DNA from: Meiothermus sp.
Lineage (GTDB): Bacteria; Deinococcota; Deinococci; Deinococcales; Thermaceae
Reading direction: 5' to 3'
DNA: 64,000 nt
NCBI GenBank assembly: GCA_033762915.1
Contig: JANRLD010000042.1
Coordinates: 203,184-267,183, forward strand
Part shown: positions 1 through 9,213 of the stretch, piece by piece
Numbering within the stretch: the first letter of the stretch is position 1
Layout: every line of letters starts with the position of its first letter
The notes under the pieces: model-generated
Seen by the model: the letters and a program-made list of their open reading frames with translations, nothing else
The model's database searches: none
Told to the model about the DNA's origin: nothing
Program-made: the position numbers and the translations under genes

Positions 1-1
1 C

Positions 2-439
2 GAGTCGGGGCGGCTCCTGGAGCTCGACGAGCACCTCAGTGCCCTGAAGGTCGTGGAGGGCGTGCGGGGCTCGAGCCTGCGTGTGGGGGCCACGCTGGCC
101 CGGACCGCCCGGGCCCTTTGGCCCGAGCTGGGCGGGCTGCCCTGCCACCAGGCCGCAGTGTTCGGGGCGGTAGCCCGGGCCCTGGAGGTCCCTCGGCGCG
201 AGGCCGTCGCAGGGCTGGCCTCGAGCTGGCTAACCTCCAAGGTCACCGCCTCGACCCGGCTGTTCCGCCTGGGCGGCCTCGAGGCCCAGCAGGTCCTGGC
301 CGGCCTCCACCCGCTGGCCGCCGCGGCCGTCGAGCAGGCCCTGGCCGCCAGCCTCGACGACCTGTGCAGCTTCACCCCCGCCCTCGACCTGGCTGCCCGG
401 CGCCAGTCCGAACTTTCCCTGAGGTTGTTTCAGTCATGA
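2..439 (+). CDS. ureF: Urease accessory protein UreF (5'-truncated by window edge)
   Basis: Frame is open from the window start; C-terminus ends ...LRLFQS, typical of UreF; stop overlaps the ureG ATG. Confidence 0.85.
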   Translation, partial: ESGRLLELDEHLSALKVVEGVRGSSLRVGATLARTARALWPELGGLPCHQAAVFGAVARALEVPRREAVAGLASSWLTSKVTASTRLFRLGGLEAQQVLAGLHPLAAAAVEQALAASLDDLCSFTPALDLAARRQSELSLRLFQS

Positions 440-1095
440 CTACGCCCGCGAACAGACCCGTAAAAATCGGCGTCGGCGGCCCGGTTGGCTCGGGCAAGAC
501 CGCGCTGCTGGAGCAGCTGTGCTACCGGCTGCGCGACCGCTACAACCTGGCCGCCATCACCAACGACATCTACACCTACGAGGACCAGCAGATCCTGACC
601 CGGGCGGGGGCCCTCGAGCCGGGCCGCATCGTGGGGGTGCAGACCGGCGGCTGCCCCCACACCGCCATCCGCGAGGACGCCAGCCTGAACCTCGAGGCGG
701 TCCACGACCTCGAGCGCAAGTACCCCGGCCTCGAGCTGATTTTCGTGGAGTCGGGTGGCGACAATCTGGCCAGCAGCTTCAGCCCCGAGCTGGTCGATGC
801 CTGGGTCTTTGTGATCGACATCGCCGGCGGCGAGAAGGTGCCGCGCAAGGGCGGCCCCGGCATCATGCACTCCGACCTCCTGGTGATTAATAAGCTTGAC
901 CTGGCCCCGCTGGTCGGGGCCAGCCTGGAGGTGATGGACGCCGACGCCCGCCGCATGCGCCCGGGCCGTCCCTACGTCTTCTCCAACCTTAAGGACGGCA
1001 CCGGCCTGGACCGGATCATCGGCTGGCTGCGGCGCGAGGTGCTGCTGGAGGAGCTGCCCCCCGTGGCCTGGGGCCTGCCGCGGACCCCGGCATGA
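436..1095 (+). CDS. ureG: Urease accessory GTPase UreG
   Basis: [21 protein letters not shown] and NKLD motifs; ATG at 436 overlaps the ureF stop. Confidence 0.97.
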   Translation: MTTPANRPVKIGVGGPVGSGKTALLEQLCYRLRDRYNLAAITNDIYTYEDQQILTRAGALEPGRIVGVQTGGCPHTAIREDASLNLEAVHDLERKYPGLELIFVESGGDNLASSFSPELVDAWVFVIDIAGGEKVPRKGGPGIMHSDLLVINKLDLAPLVGASLEVMDADARRMRPGRPYVFSNLKDGTGLDRIIGWLRREVLLEELPPVAWGLPRTPA

Positions 1096-1889
1096 GCGCC
1101 GCCTTCGCCCGCACCCAGCGGGGCCTGCTCGAGCTGACCTTCGATGCCCCAGGCGGCCGCACCCGCCTGGCCCGCGACCGCCAGCAGGGCCCGCTCAAGG
1201 TGGTGCGCCCCTTCGAGACCGACGACGGCGGGCTGCTGCTCTACGTGATCAACCCCACGGCCGGGGTGCTGGGCGGCGACCGCTTCGAGCTGCGCCTGGA
1301 ACTGGGCCCGGGGGCCAGGGTGGTGCTGCTGAGCCAGAGCGCCCAGAAGGTTCACCGCATGCACCCCGGGGAGCATGCCGTCCAGCGCCTCGAGGCCCGA
1401 CTCGCCGCCGGCTCGCGCCTGGAACTCTACCCCGAGCGGGTGATCCCTTTCGCGGCCTCGAGCTTCGCCCAGGACAGCCGCTTTCTGCTGGAGCCGGGGG
1501 CCCAGCTGGGCCTGCTGGAGTCGTTCGCCAGCGGGCGGGTTGCGCACGGCGAGCACTGGTCGTTCGAGCGTCTAGCCGGCCGGACCGAGGTGCGGCTGGG
1601 TGACCGACTGATCTACCTCGACCGCTTCGACCTGCGGCCGAGCGGTCACGGCCTGGGGCACCTGGGGCTGATGGAGGACGGGCGCTACTGGGCCAGCGGG
1701 CTGTTCGTGGGCGAAGGGGCCCCAGCGCCCCCGCCGCTGTCCCTTCCCTGGGGCCGGACGGCCTCGGGCCACCTCTGGCTGCGCGGCCTCGAGCGGTCCG
1801 GTCTGGCCCTAGAAGCTGCCATGCGGCACAGCGTGGACCAGCTGCGGGGGGCCTTCTTCGGCCTGGGGCCCCTGACGGTTCGGCGCTGA
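1092..1889 (+). CDS. ureD: Urease accessory protein UreD/UreH
   Basis: [20 protein letters not shown] and QSAQKV motifs; follows ureG with a 4-bp overlap. Confidence 0.9.
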   Translation: MSAAFARTQRGLLELTFDAPGGRTRLARDRQQGPLKVVRPFETDDGGLLLYVINPTAGVLGGDRFELRLELGPGARVVLLSQSAQKVHRMHPGEHAVQRLEARLAAGSRLELYPERVIPFAASSFAQDSRFLLEPGAQLGLLESFASGRVAHGEHWSFERLAGRTEVRLGDRLIYLDRFDLRPSGHGLGHLGLMEDGRYWASGLFVGEGAPAPPPLSLPWGRTASGHLWLRGLERSGLALEAAMRHSVDQLRGAFFGLGPLTVRR

Positions 1890-1950
1890 GGGGCGCGGCG
1901 ACCTGCTCGGTCTGAAGGAGAGTGTTGCCGACCTGGCAAGACGCAGCCCA

Positions 1951-2058
1951 TACAGCGGTTCCCACCATTACGCCTCACGCGGTGATGCGCTGAAGCGGGC
2001 GTAATGTACCCCGCACATCCGAGTCTCTGCGTGCGTGGTATTCGTGGGAACCGCTGTA
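1951..2058. repeat. MITE-like element copy A
   Basis: Perfect 15-bp terminal inverted repeat TACAGCGGTTCCCAC/GTGGGAACCGCTGTA. Confidence 0.7.
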
Positions 2059-2140
2059 GGACAAAGCACAGACCCGCCAGTACATCGTGCGGCAGGCCTC
2101 GAGGGCCTTTCGTGCTTGGGGCGTCCACCCCGGCATAACT

Positions 2141-2257
2141 TACAGCGATTCCCACGAACACTCGGTACGGCGGTTTTCGCCGTACCGAGTGCAATACTCC
2201 TCTCTAGCGCACGCTTTAGTGCAGTACCGTGGGCGGAGTATGGAGGGGAAACGCAAT
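2141..2257. repeat. MITE-like element copy B
   Basis: Similar ends; internal hairpin CACTCGGTACGGC...GCCGTACCGAGTG; close reverse complement of 62483-62598. Confidence 0.75.
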
Positions 2258-4032
2258 CAGAAGCGCCCTGCGCACCAGGCAGTCGAGGCCATCCAGCCCC
2301 CCGCGTTGGTGGACCAGTGGGCAGCGCTGAACCTCGAGCCCGACGATGCGCGGACGGTGAGGACGTTGCCCCCAAAGTACTCCCAGACCGCCGCGATGTC
2401 GGTGCGGCCGTCGCCGTTGAAATCGGCGGGTATCCACTTCACATCGGCGGGTATCCCACCGTCGCGGGTGGCCCAGGCCATGCGGGGGGCGAACGACGTC
2501 TTGAGCGAGAGGTAGACGTTGATGGAGTTGAGCCCCAGGTCGTTCCACACCTCGGCCAGGTCGGCCTGGCCGTCGCCGTCGAAGTCGCCGGCCAGGAAGC
2601 TCGAGGCGCTGAACCAGTAGTTGGCGTCAACCCGCCAGTGGGTGTGGGTAAAGCTGCTGCCAGCGGAGCGGCGTACCGTGAGCGTGGTACGCCCGTTGTT
2701 GTTCCAGGCCGCCGCGATGTCGGTGCGGCCGTCGCCGTCGAAGTCGCCGGGAACCCACTTCACGCTGTCGCCCCAGCCGCCGTCGCGGCGGCTCCACTGC
2801 ACCGGGGGCCTGAAACCGCTGCCAGTGGACAGGTAGACCGCGATCGATACCAGCCCGCCGTCGTTCCAGATTCCGGCCAGGTCGGTGCGGCCGTCGCCGT
2901 CAAAGTCGCCGGGGAGCCAGGCCGTGCTGGCCATCCAGCCGCCGCCGTTGAGCAGCCAGTGGGCCTGGGCGAAAGTGGAGCCCCGGGCCAGCCGTACGGT
3001 CAGGGTGTTGTTGCCGCTGTTGTTCCAGACCGCCCCTATGTCGCTGCGGCCGTCGCCGTCGAAGTCGCCCGAGGCCCACTTCACGCTGTCGCTCCAGCCG
3101 CCGTTGCGCACCAGGCGCTGCTGGTGGTAGGCAAAGGCGCTGCCCGTCGAGGGGTAGACGGCAAAGGAGGCCAGCCCGCCGTCGTTCCAGGCGGCCGCCA
3201 GCGAGGCCATGGGCCTGAGCGGGCTCGAGACACAGGCATTGACGGGCGGGCGGTTGGCCCGCCGCACGCCGTAGGCCTGCTGCACGCCGGCGATGTCGAG
3301 GTCGGTGAGTCGGCCGGTCGAGTTGCCGTCGCTGTTGCAGTAGTTCATCACCGAGTCGCGGTCGTAGGCGGTGAAGGGGACCGGGCTGGCGCTGGAGTCT
3401 ACACTGTCGGTGCAGTTCCCTTTGTTATCGGCATGATCCTGCTCGTGGCCGAAGCCCAGCACGTGCCCGAACTCGTGCACCGCGATGTACTCGACCCGGC
3501 CCCGGTCAGCCGAGCCGTCGGGGTTGAAGCTGAGGTTGACCCTGGCCCCCTCGGCCGCTGTGCTGAGTGCCGCGGTCCCTACCACCGCGCTGCCGCCCGC
3601 CCCGAGGTTTTCGGTGCCCTGCGGCGAGATGCGCACGCGCACGTGCTTGGCCGATCCGGAGGTCGGGCAGTCGCCCCAGCCGCTGAAGCGGATTTTGGCC
3701 CAGAATTGCCAGCTCCCCTCTACCGCCGCCTGCACAAGCCCTTTCTCGCGGTTGTATTCTGCTGTTTCCCAGCAGACCGGGACGGTGTTGCCCTGGCTGG
3801 TCCACAGCCCCACGCCCTTCTCGGTGATGAGCTGGCTTTGCACCTGCCCCGTGGCTGGCTCGCCCCTGAGCGTGTTGGCTGCTTCGGCTTCGCCCGGGTG
3901 ACCCATCTGGGAGCCGCAGGCAGCCAGTGATGCCGCCAGCAGCACCCCAATGCCAGCACGCCCGATACGACCCAGTTGCCCAAACTTGCCCTCGCCGAAC
4001 TTGCTGTTGGCCTGCACTTGACTTTTGCTCAT
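2257..4032 (-). CDS. Lipoprotein: astacin/M12-like zinc metalloprotease with C-terminal FG-GAP/VCBS repeats
   Basis: Lipobox SLAAC; HEFGHVLGFGHE zinc motif; SVMNY Met-turn; five GDF(D/N)GDG-type repeats. Confidence 0.85.
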   Translation of the reverse strand: MSKSQVQANSKFGEGKFGQLGRIGRAGIGVLLAASLAACGSQMGHPGEAEAANTLRGEPATGQVQSQLITEKGVGLWTSQGNTVPVCWETAEYNREKGLVQAAVEGSWQFWAKIRFSGWGDCPTSGSAKHVRVRISPQGTENLGAGGSAVVGTAALSTAAEGARVNLSFNPDGSADRGRVEYIAVHEFGHVLGFGHEQDHADNKGNCTDSVDSSASPVPFTAYDRDSVMNYCNSDGNSTGRLTDLDIAGVQQAYGVRRANRPPVNACVSSPLRPMASLAAAWNDGGLASFAVYPSTGSAFAYHQQRLVRNGGWSDSVKWASGDFDGDGRSDIGAVWNNSGNNTLTVRLARGSTFAQAHWLLNGGGWMASTAWLPGDFDGDGRTDLAGIWNDGGLVSIAVYLSTGSGFRPPVQWSRRDGGWGDSVKWVPGDFDGDGRTDIAAAWNNNGRTTLTVRRSAGSSFTHTHWRVDANYWFSASSFLAGDFDGDGQADLAEVWNDLGLNSINVYLSLKTSFAPRMAWATRDGGIPADVKWIPADFNGDGRTDIAAVWEYFGGNVLTVRASSGSRFSAAHWSTNAGGWMASTAWCAGRF

Positions 4033-4358
4033 CTCCGCCTCCTGGAGACAAGCTTGCGGTCGGTCCGGTAAGACCCTGGTAAAGTTTTGGGCGGGTTTCG
4101 CCTATGGGTCGGTTTCGGCACTATGACGGCTGGAGATAGCCCGCGTGGACACTTTCCAGGAGGTCCTCGAGGGCCTTCCATACCCGTGGCGGGGGCCTGG
4201 AGATCGGCCGGCGATGAAGGATTTGGGACTGCCGTGGGACTACCTCAGGGATTTTGCCGACGTCTCTTAAGATCATTCATAGGGGGTGAGATCCAACAGC
4301 CCTGAGAGTCGGGCATTCTGGGTCGTGATATGGTTGCTATCTTCTGCCTTTAAGCGAC

Positions 4359-4388
4359 AGAATCCCCGCTGTTTTGGGCGGGGATTCT
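4359..4388 (-). terminator. Hairpin just beyond the displaced tRNA 3' end (probable original tRNA terminator)
   Basis: AGAATCCCCGC-N8-GCGGGGATTCT inverted repeat. Confidence 0.55.
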
Positions 4389-4412
4389 CGTCAGCTTGGA
4401 CAACCTTATTCT

Positions 4413-4457
4413 TGGAGCCGGTGACGGGATTTGAACCTGCGACCTACTGATTACGAA
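4413..4457 (-). repeat. att site: 45-bp duplicate of the tRNA-Thr 3' half
   Basis: TGGAGCCGGTGACGGGATTTGAACCTGCGACCTACTGATTACGAA is identical to 20896-20940. Confidence 0.97.
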
Positions 4458-4651
4458 GAGTCTAGGTGCTTCCACGGCCTTCCGCTTCACTCCACGAAAT
4501 CCCTTACCAGACGTTATTCCTCAGAATGTACTTCCTCTGAGACCCACGGCTTTTCACGGCATTTCTTGAGCTATTTAGGGTAGAAATTAGGGTAAACTCC
4601 ATTTTGATTTTGCTGTCTAGGACGGCTCTATAGAGAAAATTGCGCCTTGCC

Positions 4652-5818
4652 TTATCCATCGTTCAAGCTTAGATGGTGTTTCTTGTAGTTCTTGTGGCGG
4701 GTGTCCTTCGGGAACCTGCCCTCCTTCCTATCGTCGCGGTGCTTCTTGCGGCAATCGACCGAGCAATACTCTGGTGGGCGGCCGGCCTTGCCCTTGCGCG
4801 TCGCGGCGACCGCGTTAGGGCAGCCTGGGCGCTTGCATTTGGCTGTCACTGAAGTCTGGAACTCCTGTAGCAGCTCGAAGTATGCCCAAGCTTCGCTCGA
4901 GCCCTGGAAGGCGAGACGTGTGCCGGGAAACCCGCCCGCCCAAGCCTGCTTGAGCTTGAGTGCCGGAACTAAGATCGAGGCTGATCGGTGCTCCAGAAAC
5001 CTCTGCTGGCAGATGCTGGCCAGAATCTCGCGGAGCCCGGTCTTCTCGGCCCGTGGCAGCGAGGCTAAGCTGTCCTGAATCTCCTCAATGTCTTGGCCCG
5101 CGACCATAAACTCTTGCTGGATGTAGTGGGGGAACTCCTCCGAACGGAAGAATTCAACCTCGCGCTCTTTGGTGAGCTGGAGAATCTCGGACCAAATGCC
5201 GATGCGCCGTGCCGACTGAAGCCAGTCGAGGGCGCTGTCCTGATTGCCCATCGGGTCTAGTAGACCGATCCGTTCGGCCGTACCCTGTATCGCATTTAGC
5301 ACTGCTTGGGCGCGGGGGGCTTCTCTCCTACAGGTTTCCATCGTCCTGAGCACCTGACTCGCTATCTGAGGGTCGGGGTTGTCGGTGTAGCTGATCCGCA
5401 GAAGCCTGGTTTGCTCCTGCTGTTCCTTCAGGATGTCCCAAAGCCTGTGAAACTCCCGATGTATGCGCACCGAACCCGGAGTGCTGTCTGGCTCGAAGGT
5501 GTCTTCTCGAGCAAGTCGGGGGTAGGAGAGACCTCGATACGACAGGCGCGTATTCCAGCGCTGATCGTCGGCCTCGGTCCAGCAAGGTGTCGGGATAGTT
5601 AGGGGCGGAGGAACGTCGTCGGGATTTGTGAAATCGGCAATGCGCCCTTCTGGGTTGAGCATTCGACGTTCTTTGAATTCGTAGGCAGGGAATCCACGAG
5701 TCCAATCAAAAGGCTGAATCGAGGCGGGCTCAAGCGCCCACTTGAGCGATGGCGTGATCGGTACGTAGATCAGACGGGCCATGCCGAGCGGCAACTGCGT
5801 CTCGAAATTTGCCCCCAT
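4652..5818 (-). CDS. Hypothetical protein with C-terminal CGNR-like zinc finger
   Basis: CKRPGC...YCSVDCRKK followed by a basic tail; start set at the first ATG (ORF track extends to 5860). Confidence 0.6.
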   Translation of the reverse strand: MGANFETQLPLGMARLIYVPITPSLKWALEPASIQPFDWTRGFPAYEFKERRMLNPEGRIADFTNPDDVPPPLTIPTPCWTEADDQRWNTRLSYRGLSYPRLAREDTFEPDSTPGSVRIHREFHRLWDILKEQQEQTRLLRISYTDNPDPQIASQVLRTMETCRREAPRAQAVLNAIQGTAERIGLLDPMGNQDSALDWLQSARRIGIWSEILQLTKEREVEFFRSEEFPHYIQQEFMVAGQDIEEIQDSLASLPRAEKTGLREILASICQQRFLEHRSASILVPALKLKQAWAGGFPGTRLAFQGSSEAWAYFELLQEFQTSVTAKCKRPGCPNAVAATRKGKAGRPPEYCSVDCRKKHRDDRKEGRFPKDTRHKNYKKHHLSLNDG

Positions 5819-5899
5819 AAAACCCCCAAAAATATACCCTTTTATACCGTGGAGCGGCAAGACAAACTAAGAATCGCTACGTAGCCTGGAGGTTAGAAG

Positions 5900-6136
5900 G
5901 TGAAAGACGAGATTCAGATAAAACCGATCCTCTCGGGGTGGGAAGCCTGGAAACTGACGCAGGGCGGCATTGGTCAGAACTTGTTCTACAAGATGCTCAG
6001 CAGGGGAGAGATTCCCGGCGCGTTCAACATCGGGCAGGGGAACAAGCCCATTTGGAGGGTCAAAACCAAGCCCTTTTTGGCGTGGTTGAACGGCGAGACC
6101 GACAGCCAAAACAAGACCCCCCACGGGGCCGCGTGA
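5900..6136 (+). CDS. Excisionase/AlpA-like small DNA-binding protein
   Basis: 78 aa; GGAGG RBS; FYKMLSRGEIPGAFNIG...WRV...FLAWL pattern of Xis-type HTH; first gene of the replication operon. Confidence 0.7.
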   Translation: MKDEIQIKPILSGWEAWKLTQGGIGQNLFYKMLSRGEIPGAFNIGQGNKPIWRVKTKPFLAWLNGETDSQNKTPHGAA

Positions 6137-6146
6137 GGGGTGATGG

Positions 6147-7145
6147 ATGAGCGTACTACACAGCAATCTTAGCACAAGGGAGGCTGCGCTGTTCTACGCT
6201 TCTCTGGGGCTCCCGGTGTTGCCCCTGAAGGGCAAGCAGCCCGCCTCGAGGTTCGCCCCTAATGGCAAAGACAGCGCAAGCCTTGACTACGAAACCATCT
6301 CTATGTGGTTCGCCCATAGCAAGCACAACCTTGGGGCAGTCCCGCCCATGTGGGTGCTGGTGATTGACGTGGATGATCCCGAAGCCCTGCCCGAATTGTT
6401 GAGGCTCTACCCCGAACTCGAGACCGCCCCCCACGCCCTCACGGGCGGCGGGGGGTCTCACTTCTGGACCCGGCTGCCTGAGGGGGTGAGCCTCGCCGCC
6501 ACGGTGCGGGCGCTGCCCTCGGTTGACCTCCGGGGCCTGGGCAAGACCTATCTGGTCATGCCGCCCTCGACGCACCCGCAGACGGGCCGCCCCTACGAGT
6601 GGGTCCAGCCGCTGGTCTCGCTTGAGGCCCTGCCCCTGGCCCCTCAGAGCCTCCTGGAGCGCCTCACGCCTGCCCCGAGGCCCACACAGCCTTACACCCC
6701 CGGCACGGCCCCACAAGCCGCCCAGAGTCGCCTAGAGGGGCTGCTGACGTGGGCCTGTGACAAGGTGGCCAGCGCCCCCGAGGGAACCCGCCACGACACG
6801 CTGCTGCGGCACTCGAGGCTGGTGGGCGGCTGGGTCGGTGCCGTTCAAGGCTTGAACGAGGGGGAGGCCCTTGAGCGGCTCATCGCGGCCGGGATTGCGG
6901 CGGGTTTGCCCCGGAGCGAGGCTGTACAGACCGCCCGGGACGGCCTGGCCGACGGCATCAAGTCGCCCCTGCCTCTGCCCGAGTCCGATTCCGACCTTGG
7001 CCCCTCTTGGGGATTCGGTGCAAACTCCATTGCATCAAAAGAAGAAGTGTCTAGGACGAAGCAAAGCGATTGGGTGCAGCAGAAACCGGATAGTAAGGGG
7101 TGGGGAGCCGAGTCGCCTTGGACGACCCGCAAAGGGGGTTGGTGA
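6147..7145 (+). CDS. Bifunctional DNA primase/polymerase (Prim-Pol, AEP) with PriCT-like C-terminus
   Basis: A..YA..GLPVLPL.GK.P, VIDVD, TGGGGSHFW, YLVMPPSTH..TG.PYEW and GTRHDTL motifs. Confidence 0.9.
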   Translation: MSVLHSNLSTREAALFYASLGLPVLPLKGKQPASRFAPNGKDSASLDYETISMWFAHSKHNLGAVPPMWVLVIDVDDPEALPELLRLYPELETAPHALTGGGGSHFWTRLPEGVSLAATVRALPSVDLRGLGKTYLVMPPSTHPQTGRPYEWVQPLVSLEALPLAPQSLLERLTPAPRPTQPYTPGTAPQAAQSRLEGLLTWACDKVASAPEGTRHDTLLRHSRLVGGWVGAVQGLNEGEALERLIAAGIAAGLPRSEAVQTARDGLADGIKSPLPLPESDSDLGPSWGFGANSIASKEEVSRTKQSDWVQQKPDSKGWGAESPWTTRKGGW

Positions 7146-8134
7146 TGCCGATGAGCAAACTCGAGTTGCCCCCTGAGCCGCCGATTGTTTCCTTTGTGGT
7201 GGACGGGCTGATACCTCGAGGCCATGCCAGTCTGCTCTATGCCCCTGCGGGGGTGGGCAAGACCCGGCTGCTGGCCTACCTAGCGGTACAGCTAACCAGA
7301 CCTAATGGAGGAATGTTTGGACACTACAAGACGGCTCATGGTTGGGTGCTGATTTTGGACGCAGACGACCCTAGCGGTACTGGCTTTGCCCAGTGGGTCA
7401 ATCGCTTTTTGAAAGGCTGCCGAGACGCACAGCGCAGCCTGCTTGACCACCGGGCGGTGAGTGGGGGTCTGTTGCCTCATGACATTGACAAACTGGCTGT
7501 GGAGCTTGAGCAAAACCCGCCCACCCTAATCATCTTGGACAGCTTTGCGGCGGCGTTTATCGGGGTGGATAGCATAAAGGCGCATAAGGTACAAGAGCCG
7601 CTTACCAAACTGGTAGAGCTTGCGGTGAACATCGGGGCCGGGATCGTCATAACCGACCATGTGGGCAAACTGGCCCCTAAGCAGACCGTGGCTGAAAAGG
7701 GCGCGATGGGCACCGCTCAGAAGATGGCCGCCCCCCGCGCCGCCTTCGCGCTGGACAAGCTGCCTGCGGATGAATGCAATGAGCGGGACGTGTTAAGGCT
7801 GGTCTGTACCAAACAAAGCTACGCCCCGGTGCCGCCCCCAATGGGGCTGGAGGTCGTGCTCGAGGGTGACATAGCACGGATTACTCCCTTTGACTTGCCC
7901 AACAGTGAGCGGGCCGATGAAAGAGCCGCCCGTGTTGGAACCGAACTGCTCTCTACCGTAGGGTCAAAAGGTATCGCTCGAGGCGATTTGTTGAAAGCAA
8001 TGGAGGCAAAAGCTGGTGTAGGCTCGCGCACCGCTGCCAACGCCCTAAAGTTGATTGAATCGCGTTTGGGGAACAGACTCAAGATCGAGCGCCTTGGTGG
8101 GCGCGGAAACCCGCTGCTCTATCGTCTGGAATAG
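7145..8134 (+). CDS. AAA_25/RepA-like replicative helicase with probable C-terminal winged helix
   Basis: Walker A APAGVGKT, Walker B IILDS, DHVGK; coupled to prim-pol through TGATG. Confidence 0.85.
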   Translation: MPMSKLELPPEPPIVSFVVDGLIPRGHASLLYAPAGVGKTRLLAYLAVQLTRPNGGMFGHYKTAHGWVLILDADDPSGTGFAQWVNRFLKGCRDAQRSLLDHRAVSGGLLPHDIDKLAVELEQNPPTLIILDSFAAAFIGVDSIKAHKVQEPLTKLVELAVNIGAGIVITDHVGKLAPKQTVAEKGAMGTAQKMAAPRAAFALDKLPADECNERDVLRLVCTKQSYAPVPPPMGLEVVLEGDIARITPFDLPNSERADERAARVGTELLSTVGSKGIARGDLLKAMEAKAGVGSRTAANALKLIESRLGNRLKIERLGGRGNPLLYRLE

Positions 8135-8497
8135 GGTGCATCAAATCAAGAAAACACGTCGGAGACGAAAAGCGATTTAGTGCAAGGGGTATTGCATCAA
8201 GTCGGGGACGCTGCACCGGAGGCCAGAATCAAGGGCTAACAAGGTAGAGGGGAAGTTATGAGCTGACAGGCACAGGGGCTTTCTGGTCCGAAAGGTCAAG
8301 GAGGCCCCTGTTCGGCCTTAAGGGGATCGGGTCAAGGTGAGTGCGCCGTCTACCTCGAGGCAATGGTTGCAACAACTTACACACTAAAAAAGGAGCTGGA
8401 ACGAGTTGGAAGCCAAAAAAACGTGGACCAAGTTGGACGCGAAAAAAGGCGGGCGTGCTGCCAGGGCACCGTACCCAGCCCCGAGGAGGTTTCATCC

Positions 8498-9124
8498 GTG
8501 AGTGTCAAGTACAACAGAGCAGGAGCGCCCAGCAAGCTCACCCCGGCTCGAGCCAACGCGGTGATCCTGGCCGTGGCCGAAGGCCAGACTTTAAAAGAGG
8601 GGTGCAGGCAAGCGGGCATACACCCCGCCACCTTCTGCCGCTGGGTCAATAAATACCCTGTGCTGGCCGAAGCCCTCGAGTCGGCCCGCAGGGAGGCGTT
8701 CAGGCGCAAGCAGAGGCAAAACCCCCGCAGACGGCGGGCCTTCATCCTGTACCGCTGCCCCTGGTGCTCCGGCTCCATCACCGTGAACACCGCATGGGGT
8801 GGATTGCACTTCTGGGTGTGTGGTAACTGCAACATTCAGGCTTGGCGGTTCCCTTCGCCTCATGCCTGTCTCAAATGTCACTCAGCGACGCTATACAGCT
8901 ATAGCAAAAAGAGCGTGCAGTGTGTGCGGTGCGGCCATAGGCACTATCTCAATTCCGCGAATGTCTACACACTTACATCCTCGAGCGTTGTGAAAGAACC
9001 ACGCGTCATCCACAGGCCCCAAGACCTGATCGGTGTGAAACCGTACCAGCCGAGTAAGATTTCACCTTACAGCGACGGCTTGGCTTGGAGGATTGCGAGG
9101 ATTCTCGAGTCGGGGAAAAGATAA
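8498..9124 (+). CDS. Terminase small subunit-like HTH protein fused to a zinc-ribbon region
   Basis: GAGGAGG RBS before GTG 8498; GAPSKLT...AVAEG.TL...C..AGI...TF.RW...P...EA...AR; then four CxxC motifs. Confidence 0.6.
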   Translation: MSVKYNRAGAPSKLTPARANAVILAVAEGQTLKEGCRQAGIHPATFCRWVNKYPVLAEALESARREAFRRKQRQNPRRRRAFILYRCPWCSGSITVNTAWGGLHFWVCGNCNIQAWRFPSPHACLKCHSATLYSYSKKSVQCVRCGHRHYLNSANVYTLTSSSVVKEPRVIHRPQDLIGVKPYQPSKISPYSDGLAWRIARILESGKR

Positions 9125-9213
9125 TAGTCTTGAATTGTATCTATTCCAGGGAAGATTTTGAGAACCCCCCGAAACTTGAGGATTGGTTTCAGAGTTGCCA
9201 GCAGATAGGAGGT

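Noticed and set aside
118..435. Long N-terminal extension of UreG
   Set aside because: Overlaps ureF in another frame; the real start is ATG 436
2035..3930. 631-aa plus-strand ORF
   Set aside because: Antisense shadow of the metalloprotease gene in high-GC DNA
4413..4457. Second tRNA-Thr gene
   Set aside because: Only the 3' 45 nt are present, ending in the anticodon loop; it is the att duplication
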